64,000 nt of DNA, taken from contig OZ244653.1 in the NCBI GenBank assembly GCA_965218795.1, forward strand, positions 608,001 through 672,000, written 5' to 3'. This stretch comes from a bacterium. Lineage in GTDB: Bacteria; UBA8248; JACPRG01; G963555815. Shown here piece by piece: positions 58,451 to 64,000 of this stretch. The translations under genes were made by a program, and so were the position numbers. The notes beneath the pieces were generated by a model. That model searched no databases. It had not been told where the DNA came from and saw nothing but the letters and a program-made list of their open reading frames with translations. Every line of letters begins with the position of its first letter. Position 1 is the stretch's first letter.

Positions 58451-59880
58451 GCGGATTTCGTCCCATGATCGAGCCCCGTTCAGTCGCCGTCATCGGCGCT
58501 TCGGCCGATCCCAAAAAGTCGGGAAATTTCCTGCTCACGAACATTTTGGATTGCGGGTATGAAGGGGAGGTGTACCCCATTAATCCGAAGGGGGGCGAAA
58601 TCCTGGGGCGCAAGGCGTATCCGAGCGTCCTGGACGTTCCGGGAGAGATCGATCTGGTCCTCTTTCTCCTCCCCCGTGAACACGTCGCCGGGATCCTGGA
58701 GGAATGTGGAAGGAAGGGGGTCAAAACGGCGGTCATTATCACGGCCGGTTTCGGAGAGGTTCCAGGCGATGGGTTGCGTTTTGATAAAGGATTGCGGGAA
58801 GCGATTCGCAAAAGCGGCGTCCGGTGCACGGGTCCGAACACCCTGGGGCTTGCCAACGCCCATCTGAATTTCATCGCCGGCTTCGTCACCGTTGCCGACT
58901 GGCTCAAAGGCGACATCTCGATCATGGCCCAAACGGGCAACTTCACAGGCTGCATGGCCAACCAGATTATGGACCAGGATTATCAGCGGTTGGGTATCGG
59001 GAAGAGCGTGGCCGTGGGGAACAAAGTCGACCTGGATGAGGTGGACTTTCTGGAGTACGGCCGGGACGATCCCGAAACCGCGGTGATCGGATTGTACCTG
59101 GAAAACTTTCTCCGGCCCCGGGAGTTCTTCTCGCTTGCCCAGGAAATCAAACGTGAGAAACCAATCGTCCTCCTGAAGCCGGGGCAAACGGATGTGGGTG
59201 AGCGAGTGTCCGCCGCCCATACCGGCGCTTTGGCCGCGGATGACCGGATTCTTGATGCGGCCTGCCGGCAGTACGGTGTCGTGCGTGCCCGGACGATTCA
59301 GGAATTTCTGGAAATGCTCAAGGGCTTTTCATTCCAGCCTTTGCCCAGAGGAAGGCGTATCGGCATGGTCTTCTATAGCGGCGGCGCGGCCGTGCTGGCG
59401 GCTGATCAGATGTCGTCGGCCGGCTTCGCTCTGCCGGACTTTGACCGACGCACGCGGCAACGTCTGGAGGCGCTGATGCCGGAATGGCAGCCCGTGAAGA
59501 ATCCCGTGGATCTATGGCCCGCGATGACGGGAGACAACCTTTGGGTGCAGGGGGAATCCATCCGCGCCGCAATGGATGACGAGAACACCGATATCGTTTT
59601 GTCGCTTCTGTTGGGTGTTCCAAATGCCGACTGTGAAGGTCTTGCGGGAGAGTTTCGCGCAGCGATGGAGGCTAATCCCCACAAACCGCTTTTCTCGATG
59701 TTCTATGGAGGACGGGTAAGCGAGAAATGGAAACGGGAACTGGAGGAGGATGGTCTCCGGAATAAGACACGGGTCCCCATCTTCCAGGATTCTTCCATGG
59801 CCATCCGGGTTCTCGAAGTGATGGCATGGTACGCGGAGCACCGGGAGAAGATTTCCCCGGACCCTCGAATTTACGGGTGA
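58447..59880 (+). CDS. ADP-forming acyl-CoA synthetase alpha (CoA-binding) subunit
   Basis: PRSVAVIGAS, YPINP, GPNTLG, GNKVD, AHTGALA (phospho-His), NPVD. Confidence 0.9.
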   Translation: MSGFRPMIEPRSVAVIGASADPKKSGNFLLTNILDCGYEGEVYPINPKGGEILGRKAYPSVLDVPGEIDLVLFLLPREHVAGILEECGRKGVKTAVIITAGFGEVPGDGLRFDKGLREAIRKSGVRCTGPNTLGLANAHLNFIAGFVTVADWLKGDISIMAQTGNFTGCMANQIMDQDYQRLGIGKSVAVGNKVDLDEVDFLEYGRDDPETAVIGLYLENFLRPREFFSLAQEIKREKPIVLLKPGQTDVGERVSAAHTGALAADDRILDAACRQYGVVRARTIQEFLEMLKGFSFQPLPRGRRIGMVFYSGGAAVLAADQMSSAGFALPDFDRRTRQRLEALMPEWQPVKNPVDLWPAMTGDNLWVQGESIRAAMDDENTDIVLSLLLGVPNADCEGLAGEFRAAMEANPHKPLFSMFYGGRVSEKWKRELEEDGLRNKTRVPIFQDSSMAIRVLEVMAWYAEHREKISPDPRIYG

Positions 59881-60214
59881 GCTGCTCCTGACACCGTTCT
59901 TCCTTTGAGACGCCCTGCAAAATCAGTCGGGCCAGACGGCGATTCCTTCGATCTCGACGAGGAAATCCGGTGATGCCAGGGCGGTAACGCAGAGAAACGT
60001 CGAGGTGGGGAAATCTTCGGCAATGAGGCATCTCATCGGCATGCGGGCCCGCGGTTGACTCAATAAAATGGAGTTGATAGGGTTGGGTTGCGCGAGGGGT
60101 TCATCCGCTTCTTTTGTGACCGATTATCGTTTTAACTTGCCGCCTTCATTCACGTTCTTCATCGTTCTGAATCCTTCAGGCGTTGGGGATAAAAAAGGGG
60201 GGTCGGTTGTAGCC

Positions 60215-61075
60215 ATGGCTCAAGAAATTGCCGGAAAAATAGAAGAGCGCGCGGGGTTTCTTCTGGAACGTCGGGCCGAAGAGGAGGCTGTCTCTCGTTG
60301 GCGCAAAATCCTGAATCCTCGGGTCATGTCCGTCCTTTCCGTTCTAGCCTTGTGGTACCTGGCGTCATGGGTGACCTTTCTTCTGACCGAGACACAAACG
60401 CTTCCTTACCCACATGTTGTCGCCCGCGTGATGATCATGTCGACCATCATGGACGATGTGATGAAGTTTCTGGAACATCTTGGATCCAGTCTCCTGCGGA
60501 TCATCATCGGATTCGGGATCTCCCTGCTGATCGGCGTTCCCATGGGGATCATCATGGGGATCCGGAGATACTGGGAATCGTTTTTCGGTGATTATGTCGT
60601 CGTCGGCCTTACGATCCCGAGTCTGGCCTGGGCCATCATCGGTGTCCTGTGGTTCGGCATCCAGCCGCTCACGCCGATCTTCGCCACCTTCATGATCACC
60701 TTCCCCTACATTACCATCAACATCTGGGAAGGGATGAAGGATGTCGACAAGGACCTCGTGGATATGGCACGCGCGTTCGGGGTCAATCGGGGTAAGATCG
60801 TCCGGCGGATCTACATCCCATCGCTGATGCCGTTTTTCTTCGCCGCAATCCGATTCGGATTTGCCGTTGCCTGGAAGATCGTCATCCTGGCGGAAGTTTT
60901 TGGAGCGGAGAACGGAATCGGCTACATGATCTCGTATTGGTATCACATGTTTAACATGCGTCAGGTTCTGGCCTGGGTGGTCGTGTTCACCATCCTGATG
61001 TTTGCTTTGGAGTATGGGGTGATCCGGCCGCTGGAGAGGAAAATCCTCGCTTGGCGTCCCGAGGCGAAGATCTGA
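60215..61075 (+). CDS. NitT/TauT-type ABC transporter permease
   Basis: TM helices; EAA-like DMARAFGV; AWKIVILAE..G.GY. Confidence 0.9.
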   Translation: MAQEIAGKIEERAGFLLERRAEEEAVSRWRKILNPRVMSVLSVLALWYLASWVTFLLTETQTLPYPHVVARVMIMSTIMDDVMKFLEHLGSSLLRIIIGFGISLLIGVPMGIIMGIRRYWESFFGDYVVVGLTIPSLAWAIIGVLWFGIQPLTPIFATFMITFPYITINIWEGMKDVDKDLVDMARAFGVNRGKIVRRIYIPSLMPFFFAAIRFGFAVAWKIVILAEVFGAENGIGYMISYWYHMFNMRQVLAWVVVFTILMFALEYGVIRPLERKILAWRPEAKI

Positions 61076-61079
61076 GATC

Positions 61080-61874
61080 ATGACCGAGAAACCGCTCATA
61101 GAGATTGTCGGGCTGAAGAAATCTTTCTCCCAGCCCGATGATAGTGAATTGTCGGTCCTCGCCGGGATTGATTTGACGGTCGAGAAGAACTCCCTTACCA
61201 CGCTGATCGGGCCGAGCGGGTGCGGCAAATCGACATTCTTGAACATCCTGACGGGACTGGAAGCTCCCACGGGAGGTGAGATCCGGTTTCACCCGCAGGA
61301 GAAGGAAACGGTCGAGTTCGGCTATGTCTTCCAGGCGGCGCGATTGCTGCCCTGGATGAAGGTGATCGACAACGTCCTTTTCGTCCATGACAATGACCGT
61401 CCAACCGGGGAGACCGGGACGCTTGCCCGACGCTATCTGGAAATTGTCGGTCTGAAGGATTTCATGGACGTTTATCCGCACCAACTTTCCGGTGGAATGC
61501 AACAGCGTGTCGGGATCGCCCGGGCCTTGTCCCTCGAACCTGATATCCTTCTGATGGATGAGCCATTTAGTCATTTGGATGAGATTACGGCCAAGAGGAT
61601 GCGGAGGGATTTGATCGAAATCTGGAAGGAGTCGAAGGTCACGATTCTTTTCGTGACGCACGACTTGAGCGAGGCGGCGGTTCTTTCAGACCGGATCCTT
61701 TTTCTTACGCAAAAGCCGGCAAAAATTCATGAGGATGTTCGCATCGATATCCCGCGCCCCCGCAAGCTGCACGATGAGGAATTCCTCAACCTTCACGCGC
61801 GGCTCACCCGTGAATTTGCTTACATGGAGGGAGACGAGGACGATCTGGATGTGGCCACCGCCGGCAGCGGCTGA
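61080..61874 (+). CDS. NitT/TauT-type ABC transporter ATPase
   Basis: [26 protein letters not shown]. Confidence 0.94.
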   Translation: MTEKPLIEIVGLKKSFSQPDDSELSVLAGIDLTVEKNSLTTLIGPSGCGKSTFLNILTGLEAPTGGEIRFHPQEKETVEFGYVFQAARLLPWMKVIDNVLFVHDNDRPTGETGTLARRYLEIVGLKDFMDVYPHQLSGGMQQRVGIARALSLEPDILLMDEPFSHLDEITAKRMRRDLIEIWKESKVTILFVTHDLSEAAVLSDRILFLTQKPAKIHEDVRIDIPRPRKLHDEEFLNLHARLTREFAYMEGDEDDLDVATAGSG

Positions 61875-61927
61875 GGGGATGACATCAATCGGTGTGAATG
61901 GAAGATGAGCCGACATCGTTCGTATTC

Positions 61928-61962
61928 AAACAACCGCCGGTCGCGGAATCGGCGGCTGTTTT
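61928..61962 (+). terminator. Possible terminator hairpin
   Basis: AAACAACCGCCG..CGGCGGCTGTTTT after the ATPase gene. Confidence 0.4.
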
Positions 61963-62242
61963 GAGTCGACTTTCCAACCGCGGCAAAACGGGCACATTCC
62001 ATGTCCGAATCAAATTTGTTATGATCGTCTCGCTTTCGGCCTCATAAAAGGGGGGCACTTAGAAGGGGTCAAGGCCGCATCCACGCATTTGACCGATTTG
62101 ACAGCCTTGTCAGGGTCATCCATTCATCCCCCCTGTGGTTAGAAGTATCTGCTTCAGTCCTACGCATTTTTCGGCGCGTTCCGTACCATGTCGTGCGGAA
62201 TCCGGGCGGGTTGAGACCGCACGTGAAGTAAGGAAGGGTTCG

Positions 62243-63112
62243 ATGGAGCTGTTCTCACGTCTGGTGTTGCATAGCCTGGACGGGATTGTCTTCGGGTGGC
62301 TGTACGCACTCATTGCGTTTGGTCTCAGTCTCATCTTCGGCCTGCTGAATATCGTCAACGTCGCCCATGGAACGCTGTACATGCTGGGTGCGGTTTTCGG
62401 CTGGTATTTTGGCGGGGCTCTGTCAGGCGGAAATTACTGGGTGGCGTTGATTTGCGCTCCTCTCATTGTGTGTCTGTTCTCTGTCTTCCTGGAATTGGTG
62501 GTTCTGCGGCCGATCGAAGAAAATACGGACATGACAATCCTCTCGACTTTCGGGATACTCCTGGTGGTTGAAAATATCGTCCTGCTCTGGATCGGAGGGC
62601 AGGGGGTGACCTTCGATGCCCCGTTCGAGGCCCAGGTTCCCATCGCCGGTTACAGGTATTCGGTTTACCGGCTCTTTGTCATGGGATTTGCCGTGACGAC
62701 TTCCCTCATCCTCTGGTGGTTTCTCCAAAAAACGCGTTATGGATTGTGGATCCGGGCCGTCCGGATGAATACGGAGCTTTCCCTGGCGGATGGTATCCCC
62801 GTCAAGTCCGTCAATACGGTCGCCTTCGCCTTGGGGGGATTATTGGCCGGCCTGTCGGGGGTATTGGCAGGGCCCTTTGTCGCTGTTTCCCCGGTGATGG
62901 GTTTAAACGTCTTGATCATCGCCTTCATCGTGGTCATCGTCGGCGGGTTGGGGGATCCGTTCGGAGCTGTGTTGGCCGGAATCATCCTCGGCTTGGTGGA
63001 AAGCCTTGCGTCCATCTTTATGGAACCCACGTTGGCCCGTGTGATCTCCCTGCTGTTCGTGACGACCTTTCTGTTCTTCCGTCCGAACGGGCTTTTTGGG
63101 AGGGGCAGGTAA
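62243..63112 (+). CDS. Branched-chain amino acid ABC permease (LivH-like)
   Basis: GLSLIFG..NVAHG, TRYGLWIRA, VIVGGLG, RPNGLFG. Confidence 0.92.
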   Translation: MELFSRLVLHSLDGIVFGWLYALIAFGLSLIFGLLNIVNVAHGTLYMLGAVFGWYFGGALSGGNYWVALICAPLIVCLFSVFLELVVLRPIEENTDMTILSTFGILLVVENIVLLWIGGQGVTFDAPFEAQVPIAGYRYSVYRLFVMGFAVTTSLILWWFLQKTRYGLWIRAVRMNTELSLADGIPVKSVNTVAFALGGLLAGLSGVLAGPFVAVSPVMGLNVLIIAFIVVIVGGLGDPFGAVLAGIILGLVESLASIFMEPTLARVISLLFVTTFLFFRPNGLFGRGR

Positions 63113-64000
63113 TGGCACTGTCCGTTCTCCCCAGGGCAGACTCACGGCGAACGGCGTATACCCTGCTCGGCGTTCTGGTCATTCTCCTCGTCTTACCCTT
63201 GATGACGGATGATTTCGGCGTTGCCTTTACGATGGACATCCTCATTTGGGGATTGCTGGCAATGTCGTTCGACTTCATTTACGGCTTCACTGGTCTATTG
63301 AGTCTCGGGCAGTCCGTGTTTTTCGGTCTCGGCGTCTACGGTCTGACGTTGGTGATCATCCACTGGGGAGCCGGCATCTGGTTGGCCATGTTGACGGGGC
63401 TTGTTCTGTCCGGTGCCGGTGCCGCCCTTTTCGGCTACTTCGCTGTCAAAGTCCGCGGGCACGGATTTATCATCGTTACCGTGGTCGGGGCGACCATCAT
63501 CACCTTGATCGCCTTTGCGTGGAAAACGGTCACCGGAGGAGACGACGGTCTGGTGTTCACTCGGCCCCTGTTGACGCTGGGCCCCTGGGCCATCGATTTG
63601 ACCGAACAACTGCCACGTTACTATTACACAATCATCTGCATTGCCGCTTGTTATTATATTGCTCTGCGCATTCTCCGCTCTCCCCTGGGCAGGGTATTCG
63701 AACTGATCCGCGAGAATGAGGATCGCGCGCGCTGCGTGGGGTACGACACCGGCCGGTACAAGCTGATCTCCTTTACCATCGCGGGCTTGATTGCAGGCTT
63801 GTCCGGTGTTTTGTATGCCATGTCCGTCAGCTATGCCAGCGCGGAATTCTTCAACTGGTTAATTTCGGCCGAGGCAGTCGTCTGGACGTTGTTCGGCGGC
63901 GCGGGAACGCTTTATGGCGCTGTGGCCGGAGCCGGGATTCTCATCTATCTGCGCGAAGCCTTGAGCAGCACGTGGTCGGTGACCTATCCCATCATCCTTG
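63112..64000 (+). CDS. Branched-chain amino acid ABC permease (LivM-like, runs off the window)
   Basis: ATG overlaps the previous stop; GFTGLLSLGQSVFFG, TGGDDG, SPLGR..IRENEDRA..G, GGAGTLYG. Confidence 0.9.
   Translation, partial: MALSVLPRADSRRTAYTLLGVLVILLVLPLMTDDFGVAFTMDILIWGLLAMSFDFIYGFTGLLSLGQSVFFGLGVYGLTLVIIHWGAGIWLAMLTGLVLSGAGAALFGYFAVKVRGHGFIIVTVVGATIITLIAFAWKTVTGGDDGLVFTRPLLTLGPWAIDLTEQLPRYYYTIICIAACYYIALRILRSPLGRVFELIRENEDRARCVGYDTGRYKLISFTIAGLIAGLSGVLYAMSVSYASAEFFNWLISAEAVVWTLFGGAGTLYGAVAGAGILIYLREALSSTWSVTYPIIL

Noticed and set aside
1-64000. CRISPR array, IS elements, prophage or defence systems
   Set aside because: No regularly spaced repeats, transposase, integrase, cas or phage genes were recognised by eye.

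Overview
GC-rich bacterial chromosomal window. Gene content and order (ftsH-tilS; rplU-rpmA-obgE-proB-nadD-rsfS-dksA-lapAB; surE-pcm...nlpD-apt) fit a Gram-negative Deltaproteobacteria/Nitrospinota-like organism; this taxonomy is inference only. It carries housekeeping genes, four tRNAs, acyl-CoA metabolism operons, ABC transporters and several decayed genes. No CRISPR array, IS element or prophage was recognised. Most notable: (1) an OsmC-family selenoprotein missed by the ORF track, with an in-frame TGA at the catalytic Cys position and a SECIS-like hairpin; (2) an operon of Gfo/Idh/MocA oxidoreductase, a DAHP synthase with KPMTF instead of the KPRTS phosphate-binding motif, and a divergent shikimate dehydrogenase, suggesting a non-canonical shikimate-like pathway; (3) three tandem Rid paralogs; (4) two paralogous C-terminally anchored TPR proteins, each near a GT2 glycosyltransferase; (5) an acyl-CoA dehydrogenase lacking the cross-subunit FAD-binding motifs. 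All calls come from reading the sequence and recalling motifs; no database search was run.
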